Part shown: positions 8,062 to 17,311 of the stretch, piece after piece
Numbering within the stretch: position 1 is the first letter of the stretch
Layout: every line of letters begins with the position of its first letter
IMG/VR virus record: IMGVR_UViG_2698536598_000002
Coordinates: 2,385 to 66,384 of that record
Direction: 5' to 3' (one strand)
From: a virus
Lineage: Duplodnaviria; Caudoviricetes
DNA length: 64,000 bases
Made by a program: the position numbers and the translations under genes
Notes under the pieces: generated by a model
What the model was told of the DNA's origin: nothing
Seen by the model: only the letters and a program-made list of their open reading frames with translations
The model's database searches: none

Positions 8062-11000
8062 TCACCTCCTTGTCGGCCGTGCCCCGAGGGCTGTCAGTAG
8101 CTGCCCGTTGTTCTGGTCCACCACCTGCTGCGCCTCGCCGCGGACCCGGCCGAGGAACTCGCCGGAGTCGAGGTACAGGTCACCCTCGAACGAGGCTGGC
8201 CCTGCAACTGCGCCGCGGCCTGCCATCGAGGTGAGCGCGTTGGCCTGCGCCGTCGTGAACACCGGCTCCGGGCGGCCGGTGCCGTTGTAGGCGAGGTTGA
8301 GGCCGGGCTGCAGGTAGCCGCCCGAGTCGTACTTGCCGGGCATGAACCCGTACCACGAGGTGAACAGCTTGTCGTTGTAGCCGCGGGCCCGCTTCCCAAC
8401 GACCACGCCGTCACCGCCGCGCGACTCCACCTTCGTCTTGCCGACGGTGCCTGCGGTGTGGCCGACACCGGCGTGTGTGATGCCGACGCGGAAGGCGGAG
8501 TTGCCGTTCTTCACCCAGCCGGGAGGCGTGCCGCCCTTGAACGCGTGGGTGCTCCACCTGCGGTGCGGCTTCTGCCCCCGGATCACAGACTCGATCGCGG
8601 ACATGAATCCGCTGCAGTCCCAACTGGGGTTGCCGTTGCCGCCCCACTGGTACGGCAGGCCGTTCTGCGTTTTCGCCCACTTCGTGGCGGCCTGGATCTT
8701 CGGGCCGCCGATGCCGCCGCCGCCCTTCTTGTCGGCCTGCTTGGTGTAGCCGAACAGCGCGTCGATGATCCGGTTGGGAACCTTGCGGATCATGCGGCCG
8801 AATCCGGTGTCCATGCCCGGGAACGACTTCAGCAGGGGGTCGACGACCTTCTTCACGCCGGCCCGCGCCGACTCCTCCAGGGAGTCGCCCAGCCATCCGG
8901 TCGTCGCCTTGATCCCATTCCAGGCAGCCGAACCGGCACCGGCCGCCTTCGAGGCCGCCGAACCGATCCAACCGAAAATCCCGCCGTCCTCGAACCGCTG
9001 CACCACGCCGCCGTTCGCATACCGCAGCGAGGTGTCGGTGTGCGTGTCCGGGTTGCCGCCGAACACCGGCGCCAGAGCCGCCTTGACGCCCTGCGCGCCG
9101 CGGGACTTGGCGATCGAGTTCATCGTGCCGACGAAGCCGGAGCCGACAGCCCGGGTGAACTCGGGCCGCATGATGGCCTCGCCGCCCGACAGCTCCAGTT
9201 GGCCACCCGTCGGGGAGGCGAACTTGTGGACGTCACGGCCCGGCGTGTAGCCAGGCATGATGCCGCCCCGGGCGAACTTGAACTTGTCGAGCTTCTTCGC
9301 CCCGAAGGCGCCGGCGACCTTGTTCCAGACGCCTCTGATGCCGTTGTTGTAGACGACGTCGACGACGTACTGGACCGGCGTCCGAGCGATGCCCTTGAGT
9401 TTGTCCCAGGCGATTTTGATCGCCGCTCGGGCGGCATCGAAGGCGTCCGCGACCTTGCCGACTGCGGTCTTCACGGCGTTGAACGCCGGTTTGATGCCGC
9501 GGGTCCAGACGCCGCTGATGACGCTGGAGATGGAGTTCCACGCCGGTTTGATGGCCTTGTTGTAGAGCCACCTGAAGGCGTCCGCGAGCACACTGATCGC
9601 GCCTCGGACGAAGCCGAAGTACCTCTTGACGATGTTCGTCCACCACCACGCGATGATGGAACCGATACCGCGGAAGGCCGGTGCGAGGATGCTCTTCCAC
9701 AGCCAGACCGCAACGTCGGCGACCTTCCGCCAGTAGGCGATCAGGAACCCCACATACGGCTTGATGATCTTCTGCCAGAGCCAGACGACTATCCCGCCGA
9801 ACCACACGAAGAACGGGCTCAGCACCGTGTTCCACAGCCATACCGCGACCTGCGCGACGGTCTTCCAATACGCGATCAGGAACCCGATGTACGGCTTGAT
9901 GATCCGCTGCCACAGCCAGACCATGATCTGCCCGAACCAGGCGAAGAACGGCTTCAGCACCGTGTTCCACAGCCACAGCGAGGCCGTCTTGATCCCTTCC
10001 CAGGCCTTCAGCACCAGGTCCCGGAACCACGGGAACTTGTTGAACGCGTAGATCCCGATAGCTACGAGCGCGACGATCCCGATGATGATCAAAGTGATCG
10101 GGTTGGCGCTCATGGCCGCGTTCAGAGCCCACTGAGCGATCGTCCACACCCGCATCGCCACAATCGCCAGCCAGATCCCCTGCACCATCCACGGCGCGTG
10201 CTCAGCGACGATGCCGATCGCCTCCGCCAAGCCGCCGAGAAGGAACAGCAAGGGGCCCGAGACTGGTGCCAGCGCCTGCCCGATCGACAGGAACGCCCCA
10301 GCGATCTTCCCGAGCGTTTCGCCCAGCCTCGGCCCCATCTCGGCCGAGTACGACAGGAACCGCTCGAACTCCGGGCTGCCCGTCAGGCTGGTGCCCCACT
10401 TCGCGAACCGGCCAGTGATCCGCTGCATCCGCGACGAGATCGAATCCATGTGCGGGAAGAAGGCCTGTATGACCCCGGCCATGCCCTTGAACACGCGGCC
10501 GAAGGACACACCCAGCCCGATGATCGCGGGCCGAACCGAGCCCCGCAGGTCCTTCTTGAACGTCTTCCACCACGGCGACTTGAAGCCGCGGCTGGCCCGG
10601 TCCTGCAGGTCGCCGACGGCGCCGGCCGCCTCCTTCACAAACGGCGTAATCCCGGGCAGAGCACGCCGCATCCCGTTCAGCGCCCGCGTGAAGATCGGCA
10701 TAACCTTCGGCTGCAGCGACTTCGACCACTCACCGAACGCCGACCGCAGATCAACGAACGCGTCGAACGTGTCCCGCGCCGAGGGCGTCAGCTTGGCCAG
10801 CTCGGCCTGGTACTTGGCCTGAGCGATGGCAGCCTGATCGATCCCGCCCGCCGCGGACAGCGACGACGACGCGATCTGCCGCTGCGCCGACGCGATCGAA
10901 TCCGACGCCGACTGCTGCGCCGCCGCCAGATTCTCCTGCGCCCGCGCAACACTGCGCGCCCCATCCTCCTGAGTACGGGTGACGTTCCTCTGCGCCTCCG

Positions 11001-12882
11001 CCACCCGCGCCTGCGCCTCGGCGATGCCCTGAGCACCCTGCACCGCAGCCCGCTGCTGCTCCTGCCGCGCCTTCGCCAGACCCTTCTGCTGATCGGCGAC
11101 CGCCCGGTCCGCATCCGCGATCCTCTGCTGCGCGTCCCGGACCGTCTCCGACCCCTCGACGCCAGCCTTATCCGCAGCCTTCTTCTCAGCCGAGAGATCC
11201 TTCGTCTCCTGCTGCTGCTCCTTGAGTCGCTGCAAAGCCTGGTCATAGGCAAGCTGGGCACGCTGCTGCTCGATCACCGAGGCTTTACTGCCCTGCGCCT
11301 TCACCTGGCGCAGACGGACCTCCGCCTCCTGCACCGACAGGGCCGCATCCCGCTCGCTGAGCTGGGCGCCCGCCACTCGGTCCGACAGCTCCCGCAGCTC
11401 ATCCGCAGCCTCGCGGCGGGCCTGCGTTAGATCGGCCTGAGCCTGTCGGGAGGTGCGCTGCGCATCTGCGAGAGACCGCTCCGCCTCCACGACGCGAGCT
11501 GCCGCATCCCGCTGCCGGTCCGCGGCCTGCTGCACCGCGTCCGCCAGAGCGCGCCGCGACTGAGTGACCTGCTCGGCCGCCCGACGGTTCGCATCCGCCG
11601 CATTCCGGACCGCATCCCCGACAGCCTGCTCCGCCTGAGAGATCTGCCGGGCCGCATTGCGGTGCGCCGTCGCCAGCGACTGCTGGGCACCGGCCGCAGA
11701 CAGGGCTTGCCGGGCGCCCTGCGACGACGCGGCACCGCCCTTGTATGTGGAGTTCGCCGCCGCATCCTGGGCGGACTTCTGCGCCTGCAGCGCACTGGCG
11801 ATGCCCTTGAAGGCGGGCGCCGCCACCAATGCGATCGCGCCGATACCCGCCCCAGCCGCCACTGCGGCGGCAGTCACCGCGCCCAGGCCGGCCGCCACCA
11901 CCGGCAACGCCGGAATGATCGCCGGACCGAACGCGAGCGCCGCCGTCACCAGCAACTGCATTCCGTTGACGTTGACGTTCACGCTGGCCGTCTGGCCATC
12001 CAGCCGGTTCACCGCCGCCTGGATCGCCGCCAGCTGTGCCGCCGCGGCAGCCGTGTCCACGCGGATCGCGACATCGGCGTCCGACGACGCAAGCGCCTGC
12101 AGCCGGGCCTGGATCGCCTCGATGCGGGCCGTCGCCGTCGCGGCATCCATGTCGACGCCGATCCGGACATCCCGCAGCGCCGTCAACTGCGCCCGCAGCC
12201 GGGCAATCTCCACCTCGGCCGCAGACGAGTCGGCGCGCAGGTTGATGTTCGGCAGAGACGCCTCAGCGGCCTGAACCTGGGCCCGCAGCCGCTGCCCGAA
12301 CGTGCCGTCCGTCTCCACCCGGATCCGGGCCGGATCGGCGGTGACCTCGTCGATCTGCGCCTGCAGAGCCTGCAGCTGGGCGATCGCCGCCGCCGTGTCC
12401 GCCCGCACCGCGACGTTCGGATGGGCGGCACCGATACGGCGCAGCCGTTCCTCAATGTCCGCAGCCTGCGCCCGTGCTGTATCGGCGTCGATGTCAATGC
12501 CGACGGTCTTGCCCGCCAGAGTTTCCAGGCGAGCGCGCAGGCGGGCCAGGTCAGCGTCCACACCCGTGTCGGAGAGACGCACATCCAGCCGAGGCATGCT
12601 GCGGAACGCTGCCTCCAGCCGGGCCCGCAACGACCGGGCAAACGCGCCACCCGTGTCAGCGCCCTGCCGGGTGGCCGCCGGACGGGCCGCCCGAGCACCG
12701 TTCTGGATGCCGTCCCTGACCGCAGGCGTGATGTGCGTGACGATCTGCCGGCCGATGATTTGGCCAACCTCGTCACCGATCGCCGACGCAGGCGGCACCA
12801 GCGCGGCCCGCAGACGGCCCTGGATCCCGCTCGCGTTCGGGACAACATCGACCTCGACCGAGCCGACAGAAATGGCAGGCAC
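8062..12882 (-). CDS. Tape measure protein with C-terminal NlpC/P60-like peptidase domain
   Basis: ~1600 aa Ala/Gln-rich helical protein after the tail chaperones; YQWGGNGNPSWDCSG...GHTAG; GTG start at 12882 (MPAISVGSVEVDV). Confidence 0.93.
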   Translation of the reverse strand: MPAISVGSVEVDVVPNASGIQGRLRAALVPPASAIGDEVGQIIGRQIVTHITPAVRDGIQNGARAARPAATRQGADTGGAFARSLRARLEAAFRSMPRLDVRLSDTGVDADLARLRARLETLAGKTVGIDIDADTARAQAADIEERLRRIGAAHPNVAVRADTAAAIAQLQALQAQIDEVTADPARIRVETDGTFGQRLRAQVQAAEASLPNINLRADSSAAEVEIARLRAQLTALRDVRIGVDMDAATATARIEAIQARLQALASSDADVAIRVDTAAAAAQLAAIQAAVNRLDGQTASVNVNVNGMQLLVTAALAFGPAIIPALPVVAAGLGAVTAAAVAAGAGIGAIALVAAPAFKGIASALQAQKSAQDAAANSTYKGGAASSQGARQALSAAGAQQSLATAHRNAARQISQAEQAVGDAVRNAADANRRAAEQVTQSRRALADAVQQAADRQRDAAARVVEAERSLADAQRTSRQAQADLTQARREAADELRELSDRVAGAQLSERDAALSVQEAEVRLRQVKAQGSKASVIEQQRAQLAYDQALQRLKEQQQETKDLSAEKKAADKAGVEGSETVRDAQQRIADADRAVADQQKGLAKARQEQQRAAVQGAQGIAEAQARVAEAQRNVTRTQEDGARSVARAQENLAAAQQSASDSIASAQRQIASSSLSAAGGIDQAAIAQAKYQAELAKLTPSARDTFDAFVDLRSAFGEWSKSLQPKVMPIFTRALNGMRRALPGITPFVKEAAGAVGDLQDRASRGFKSPWWKTFKKDLRGSVRPAIIGLGVSFGRVFKGMAGVIQAFFPHMDSISSRMQRITGRFAKWGTSLTGSPEFERFLSYSAEMGPRLGETLGKIAGAFLSIGQALAPVSGPLLFLLGGLAEAIGIVAEHAPWMVQGIWLAIVAMRVWTIAQWALNAAMSANPITLIIIGIVALVAIGIYAFNKFPWFRDLVLKAWEGIKTASLWLWNTVLKPFFAWFGQIMVWLWQRIIKPYIGFLIAYWKTVAQVAVWLWNTVLSPFFVWFGGIVVWLWQKIIKPYVGFLIAYWRKVADVAVWLWKSILAPAFRGIGSIIAWWWTNIVKRYFGFVRGAISVLADAFRWLYNKAIKPAWNSISSVISGVWTRGIKPAFNAVKTAVGKVADAFDAARAAIKIAWDKLKGIARTPVQYVVDVVYNNGIRGVWNKVAGAFGAKKLDKFKFARGGIMPGYTPGRDVHKFASPTGGQLELSGGEAIMRPEFTRAVGSGFVGTMNSIAKSRGAQGVKAALAPVFGGNPDTHTDTSLRYANGGVVQRFEDGGIFGWIGSAASKAAGAGSAAWNGIKATTGWLGDSLEESARAGVKKVVDPLLKSFPGMDTGFGRMIRKVPNRIIDALFGYTKQADKKGGGGIGGPKIQAATKWAKTQNGLPYQWGGNGNPSWDCSGFMSAIESVIRGQKPHRRWSTHAFKGGTPPGWVKNGNSAFRVGITHAGVGHTAGTVGKTKVESRGGDGVVVGKRARGYNDKLFTSWYGFMPGKYDSGGYLQPGLNLAYNGTGRPEPVFTTAQANALTSMAGRGAVAGPASFEGDLYLDSGEFLGRVRGEAQQVVDQNNGQLLTALGARPTRR
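9690..9975 (-). repeat. 135-bp (45-aa) tandem repeat in the tape measure gene
   Basis: WLWNTVL.PFF.WFG.I.VWLWQ.IIKPY.GFLIAYW unit; starts at 9975, 9840, 9705. Confidence 0.8.
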
Positions 12883-12904
12883 CGGGAGCCTCCTCCCAGC
12901 GCCC

Positions 12905-13357
12905 CTATGCGGCGCCCCCACTCAGCAGGTGGAACAGCCTGTCGGCAGACTTCTCGGTGAGCTTGACCTTCTGCTTCCTCGGCCCCGCGCCCGGCCGACG
13001 CATCGGCTCAGGCGGATCTGGCTCCTTGTTCTTCTCCGAGTTCACGCACCACAGGACCCACTCGACCCTGCGGACCGCGTCGACTAGAGACGCAGTCAGT
13101 TGCTCCTGCTGCGACCAGCGGGCCTTCTCCGGCTCGCCCTTCTCTGCCTGCTCCGCCAACTCCTCAGGCGGCAGGGCGTTGCGGAGCGCGGTCATCGTGT
13201 GCGACTCCGGCGGCAGATGCTGGATCAGGATGCGCAGCCGCCGCCACGACATCCGGCCGCGATGCACGTCGAGGACGTCGATGCCGCGCTCCAGAAGGTC
13301 GGCTTCTACCGCCTCCGCGTGCTCCGAGAGGACCGCGAAGGTCCACCGGATTTCCCC
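12905..13357 (-). CDS. Tail assembly chaperone, -1 frameshift extension (gpT-like)
   Basis: -1 frame is open from the GGGGAAA site: GEIRWTFAVLSEHAEAVEADLL...MSWRRLRILIQHLPPES. Confidence 0.82.
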   Translation of the reverse strand, partial: GEIRWTFAVLSEHAEAVEADLLERGIDVLDVHRGRMSWRRLRILIQHLPPESHTMTALRNALPPEELAEQAEKGEPEKARWSQQEQLTASLVDAVRRVEWVLWCVNSEKNKEPDPPEPMRRPGAGPRKQKVKLTEKSADRLFHLLSGGAA

Positions 13358-13659
13358 AACGACTCCTCACCCGCACGAGCAGCGGCCTCAGCGAACCGGC
13401 CGATCCCCTCCGACGTCGGGTCGAGATCCTCGTAGATGTCGTAGTCGTCCTCATGCAAGACGAGTTCGAAGAACCCGTCGAAGTCGCCGCTGTTCAGGCA
13501 GCGAAGTGCGGACGCACGCCACCGGTTCGCCGGGAGAGCACGGACGTCCTTGCTGACGCCGTCGAATCCGGCGAGGGGCACGGTCACGTACCCGTCGTCG
13601 ACGTCGGCCTCCGACTCCTGGGCCTTGGCGGCTTCGATCTGGTCTTTGGTGGCTGGCAT
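13306..13659 (-). CDS. Tail assembly chaperone (gpG-like)
   Basis: Acidic 117-aa ORF between major tail and tape measure, ending with the Gly-Lys slippery site. Confidence 0.85.
   Translation of the reverse strand: MPATKDQIEAAKAQESEADVDDGYVTVPLAGFDGVSKDVRALPANRWRASALRCLNSGDFDGFFELVLHEDDYDIYEDLDPTSEGIGRFAEAAARAGEESLGKSGGPSRSSRSTRRR
13351..13357 (-). promoter_or_regulatory. Programmed -1 frameshift site GGGGAAA
   Basis: TTG GGG AAA (L-G-K) near the end of the first chaperone ORF; the -1 frame is open into the second ORF. Confidence 0.8.
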
Positions 13660-13748
13660 GGCGCGGGCCTCCTCACATCACGGCGCGGGCAGAAGGGAAA
13701 GGTGGACGGGCCGGGCCCGCGCCGACGGAAATCAGCCCGCCCACCAGC

Positions 13749-14336
13749 TCAGGACCCGGTGTACGCAGCCGTCTCCGGCACCCGGTCGAAGTGATAGACC
13801 GTGTTGCCCGACGCGTCCGGGTAGGCGGTGATCGTCCACTCGAAGCCCGCGATCTCGTCCTGCTTGTGGGTGACGTCCGACCGCTCGGTGATCTCACCCT
13901 CGGGCACGTAGAAGCCCCTTTGGAAGGCGTCACCGTCGAGGACGACGAACCAGAACGCACGCCGGTCCGGCACCGGCGAAGCGGTCTCCGCGAACGACGT
14001 CAGACCCGACACCGGCGCCAGATCGGCGACATCGAGGCGGTACTGCAGCGACTGCACCGTCGTCCGGCCGACCTCCCACACCGTCAGCCCGAACGTCCGC
14101 AGGCTGGACGTGATCGTGGTGCGGATCGGCGCCGTGTACCCCCACGGCGTGAAGCTCTGGGTGTCCTCCTCGAAACCCTGCACGAGGCCGTCGTCGCTGA
14201 TCGCGCCCAGCGGCGCCCACGGCGACAGCGGCTGAACCTCCGGGTCGCCAGGCGAAGCCGTACCGAGCGGTGCCGTCCAGCCGGCACCATTCGCGCCGAC
14301 CTCCAGCAGGTCCGCTGCGCGGGTGATGTTGACCAT
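13749..14336 (-). CDS. Major tail (tube) protein
   Basis: W.PLGAISDDGL...FTPWG...RT.....TF.L.VWE pattern; position in the tail block. Confidence 0.9.
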   Translation of the reverse strand: MVNITRAADLLEVGANGAGWTAPLGTASPGDPEVQPLSPWAPLGAISDDGLVQGFEEDTQSFTPWGYTAPIRTTITSSLRTFGLTVWEVGRTTVQSLQYRLDVADLAPVSGLTSFAETASPVPDRRAFWFVVLDGDAFQRGFYVPEGEITERSDVTHKQDEIAGFEWTITAYPDASGNTVYHFDRVPETAAYTGS

Positions 14337-14411
14337 CATCGTCTCCAGACATGAGTGAAGCCCGCGCACGGGCGGGATCGGATCGGGGTCCGGCGCGGGC
14401 CCAAAACCCGG

Positions 14412-14804
14412 TCAGGAGACCGGATGGCAGAAGAGCTCGTAGGTGGCCCCGACACGGCGGAGCCCGGTGTTCTCGTAGGGCCGGACGGCAGGCAGAGTGA
14501 GCGCCCCCGTGCGCCCGAACACAACGGTCGGGCCATGTGATCCGCGCAGCTCGCCAGTCACCCACTCATGGACATCCCGGGCGAGGGCGATGGCGTCCAC
14601 CCTGGTGGCGGCGTACACGTCGATGTCGACGAGCATGCGACCGAGACGGATGCCGTCGTCGCCGCCGCCGGGGATCTGGTTGATCTGGATCGTCGGCAGC
14701 TCATCGAGGAGGCTGTTGTCGAGTTCGTCCCGGACTATCGCGTCGGGGAAGCGAAGCGCGCCGCGGGAGATGAGCTCCAGCTCGATGTCGACGAGCGCGG
14801 TCAC
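14412..14804 (-). CDS. Tail terminator/completion protein
   Basis: PTIQINQIPGG...VDIDVYAATR; directly upstream of the major tail gene. Confidence 0.75.
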   Translation of the reverse strand: MTALVDIELELISRGALRFPDAIVRDELDNSLLDELPTIQINQIPGGGDDGIRLGRMLVDIDVYAATRVDAIALARDVHEWVTGELRGSHGPTVVFGRTGALTLPAVRPYENTGLRRVGATYELFCHPVS

Positions 14805-15130
14805 TGGTTCCGCCCGCCGAGCTGGGCCGCCCGCAGTAGCACGTGGTGGGCGGGAACGCGTTCGGTGCCGTACTCGACCCAGCGGGCGAAGTAGGCGGTG
14901 TTGCGGACGGTCGCCGTCGCACGGTCACGACGCCGACCGCCACGGTTCGTGCTGTCCGTCTCCCACGAGGCCTTGTAATGTCCCGGGTCCGGGCTGCGCT
15001 CATCGACTGGGGAGAGTCCGATCGCCACGCCCTTGATGACCTCGGCGCGGCGCAGCATCTCCGCCTGCATACCAGGCATCCGCAGCATCAGCCCCACGCC
15101 TTTGCGCTTCATCTTGAACCGTGCTGCCAT
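14801..15130 (-). CDS. HK97 gp10-like neck protein
   Basis: AYFARWVEYGT...HHVLLRA motif. Confidence 0.8.
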   Translation of the reverse strand: MAARFKMKRKGVGLMLRMPGMQAEMLRRAEVIKGVAIGLSPVDERSPDPGHYKASWETDSTNRGGRRRDRATATVRNTAYFARWVEYGTERVPAHHVLLRAAQLGGRNQ

Positions 15131-15164
15131 AGCCCCTCCTGCAACTCGACCGCTGGGGGCGGAC

Positions 15165-15491
15165 ATGGACATTCAGGTCACGGGAGTGCTTGGCAGCATC
15201 ACCTTCGACGGGGAATGGGTGACCATCACCAAGACGCCCGTCGGGCCCAATCCGGCGCCCGTGCGAATCCGGGCCGCCGACATCACAGGAACCCGCTTCA
15301 AGGCGGCCACTCTGCTCGTGCACGGCTACGTACAGTTCGTGCTGCCCGGCAGCCTTTCCGCAGGCGAGAAGGGTGGCGCCCTGCACGCCGGCCGACCCCC
15401 TTACGAGGATCCGCACAGCCTGTCCATCCCGCGCAAGTCCAACGGGCTCGCCGAGAAACTCGTCGCCGCCGTGGAGCAGGCCCGCAACTAG
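15165..15491 (+). CDS. Antisense moron, DUF4429-like protein
   Basis: MDIQVTGVLGSITFDGEWVTITK...ITGTRFKAATLLVHGYVQFVL; stop overlaps the convergent stop at CTAG 15488-15491. Confidence 0.65.
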   Translation: MDIQVTGVLGSITFDGEWVTITKTPVGPNPAPVRIRAADITGTRFKAATLLVHGYVQFVLPGSLSAGEKGGALHAGRPPYEDPHSLSIPRKSNGLAEKLVAAVEQARN

Positions 15492-15850
15492 CCGGTCACC
15501 CGGTCGGCAGCAAACTGGATCGGGCCGCGGGTCCCGGTGAACGGGCTTCGGCCCCAGTCGCCGGGCTCGCCCGTGATCTCACAGGTGACCCCGCGGACCA
15601 CGGCCTTGTCTGTGGTCCGCAGCGCTGTCCCTGCTGGGGCGTACACGGTCCAGCCGACGATGACGGTGTCGCGGTCCTGCTGCTGTGAGCCGCCCACCTG
15701 AGGCGTCTCCGCCCGCGGGGCCACCACGCAGCCGCTCAGATCGAACGACTCGTCCGGGCCCGGAAGCGGCTGCCCACGCGGCCCACGCCCCGGAGACTCA
15801 CCGGTGCGCAGGATCCGCACGGTCTCACCGAACGGATACGGGGCAGGCAT
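15488..15850 (-). CDS. Head closure / head-tail joining protein
   Basis: Position; CEITGEPGDW.SPFTG motif. Confidence 0.78.
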   Translation of the reverse strand: MPAPYPFGETVRILRTGESPGRGPRGQPLPGPDESFDLSGCVVAPRAETPQVGGSQQQDRDTVIVGWTVYAPAGTALRTTDKAVVRGVTCEITGEPGDWGRSPFTGTRGPIQFAADRVTG

Positions 15851-16266
15851 CAGGGATACCCCCAACCCGCCTCGTAGTCCTCAGCCCAGCCTGTCAGATC
15901 ATCGAGCGGCCAGGTAGGCGACGGATCCGCAGTCGACGGCGTCGGATCGACCGAGAACGCCCCGCCGCGGCCGGCCAGAGACTTGAGCGCAGACTTGTCA
16001 GACTTCGTTAGATACAGGCCCCCGGAACCTTGCGGGCGCTGCACCGACATCGGGCCGATCGTCTCGTAGGACACCTGCTGCGGATTCACATAGGCGCGGC
16101 CCGCAACCGACAGAACCACCGCCTCCGCACCCTCCGGAAGGGGCTTCACGACCGTCTGACACAGCGAGATCGCCGACGCGATCAGCAGATCCGCACGATC
16201 ACCGTCGATCTCATCCAGCCCGAGATACAAACCGAGTTGCTCAACAGTCGGAGCCACGAACGCCAT
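15850..16266 (-). CDS. Head-to-tail adaptor
   Basis: RAYVNPQQVSYETIGPMS...GLYLT. Confidence 0.8.
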   Translation of the reverse strand: MAFVAPTVEQLGLYLGLDEIDGDRADLLIASAISLCQTVVKPLPEGAEAVVLSVAGRAYVNPQQVSYETIGPMSVQRPQGSGGLYLTKSDKSALKSLAGRGGAFSVDPTPSTADPSPTWPLDDLTGWAEDYEAGWGYP

Positions 16267-16279
16267 AGCGCGCCTCCTC

Positions 16280-17311
16280 TCAGGCCAGCGCCTCCACGGC
16301 GGAACACCAGGCCGCCAGATCCGCGGCAGGATCGAGCTCCACCGAGCGGGCCTTCGCGCGCTTCGACGCCAGCCGGTACTCGGCTGCCGTCTTCAGCTTC
16401 CGCAGCACCGCCTCGTAGCCGGCTACGTCGTTGCGGTCCACGAAGATCCCGGCCTCGCCGAGCGACTCACACAACCCAGGTGTCGGGTGGGCGATGACGG
16501 GGATACCCGAGGCCAGTGCCTCGCAGCCCGCCCGGCCCCACGACTCGTAGGACGACGGCATCAACAGGACGCGGGTGCGGGCGTACACGCGCTCCCGCAT
16601 CTCCTCGCCGGGCACATGCTCGATGACCTCGACGTTCGGCAGGTCCGGAAGGATCTGCTCGCCGTAAGCGCCACGCACGGCGAGGAACTGCTGATCCGGC
16701 ATTCGACGAGCGAGAGCGTCGAGGACCTTGCCGCCCTTCTCGGGATTGCAGTTGACCAGCGTGACAGCCTTCCCGGGCTTCGTCGCATACTCGTCTGCGA
16801 ACACTGGCGGCCGGACGATCATCGACAACTCGGGCCGGATGGACTTCGGGTACTCGGCGAAGAACAGCTCCGCCTCCCGCTCCATCCACAGGCTGTTGTA
16901 CACCGCCAGCGACGTCCCACCGGCTGCCATATCCCGGAACGTCGGACGGTGCGTGTTGTGGCAGACCACCACCAGCTTCTTGCCGTAGCCGCGAGCCAAC
17001 GATGCCGTCGGAGGCACCGTCTCCAGATGGGCGAGCAGAACGTCTGCCCGCCGCACCGCAGACGGGAAGTCCAGCCGCGACTCCAGTGGAAGCACCCGGA
17101 CCCCGTGGTACTCGTACTCCTGGTGGGCCCTGCCATAACGGGACAGCCACACCGACACGTCGTGGCCGCGCTCCACCAGAGGACGCAGCATCGACACCAG
17201 CATGTGCTCTGCCCCTGCATTGTGCTCTGGCGGCATCGCATGGACCCGGGCGACGATCTTCAGGGGCTTGGCTGCCCCGCCCGGCGCGGAAGCCGGGACA
17301 GCCCTCGCCAT
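16280..17311 (-). CDS. Glycosyltransferase, GT-B fold (GT4-like)
   Basis: GAEHML...GHDVSV N-terminus; LMPSSYESWGRAGCEALASGIPVI with E-x7-E; start overlaps the capsid stop. Confidence 0.92.
   Translation of the reverse strand: MARAVPASAPGGAAKPLKIVARVHAMPPEHNAGAEHMLVSMLRPLVERGHDVSVWLSRYGRAHQEYEYHGVRVLPLESRLDFPSAVRRADVLLAHLETVPPTASLARGYGKKLVVVCHNTHRPTFRDMAAGGTSLAVYNSLWMEREAELFFAEYPKSIRPELSMIVRPPVFADEYATKPGKAVTLVNCNPEKGGKVLDALARRMPDQQFLAVRGAYGEQILPDLPNVEVIEHVPGEEMRERVYARTRVLLMPSSYESWGRAGCEALASGIPVIAHPTPGLCESLGEAGIFVDRNDVAGYEAVLRKLKTAAEYRLASKRAKARSVELDPAADLAAWCSAVEALA

Noticed and set aside
8458-11430. 990-aa plus-strand ORF
   Set aside because: Antisense shadow of the tape measure gene; high-GC DNA has few stops on the opposite strand and the translation has no motifs.
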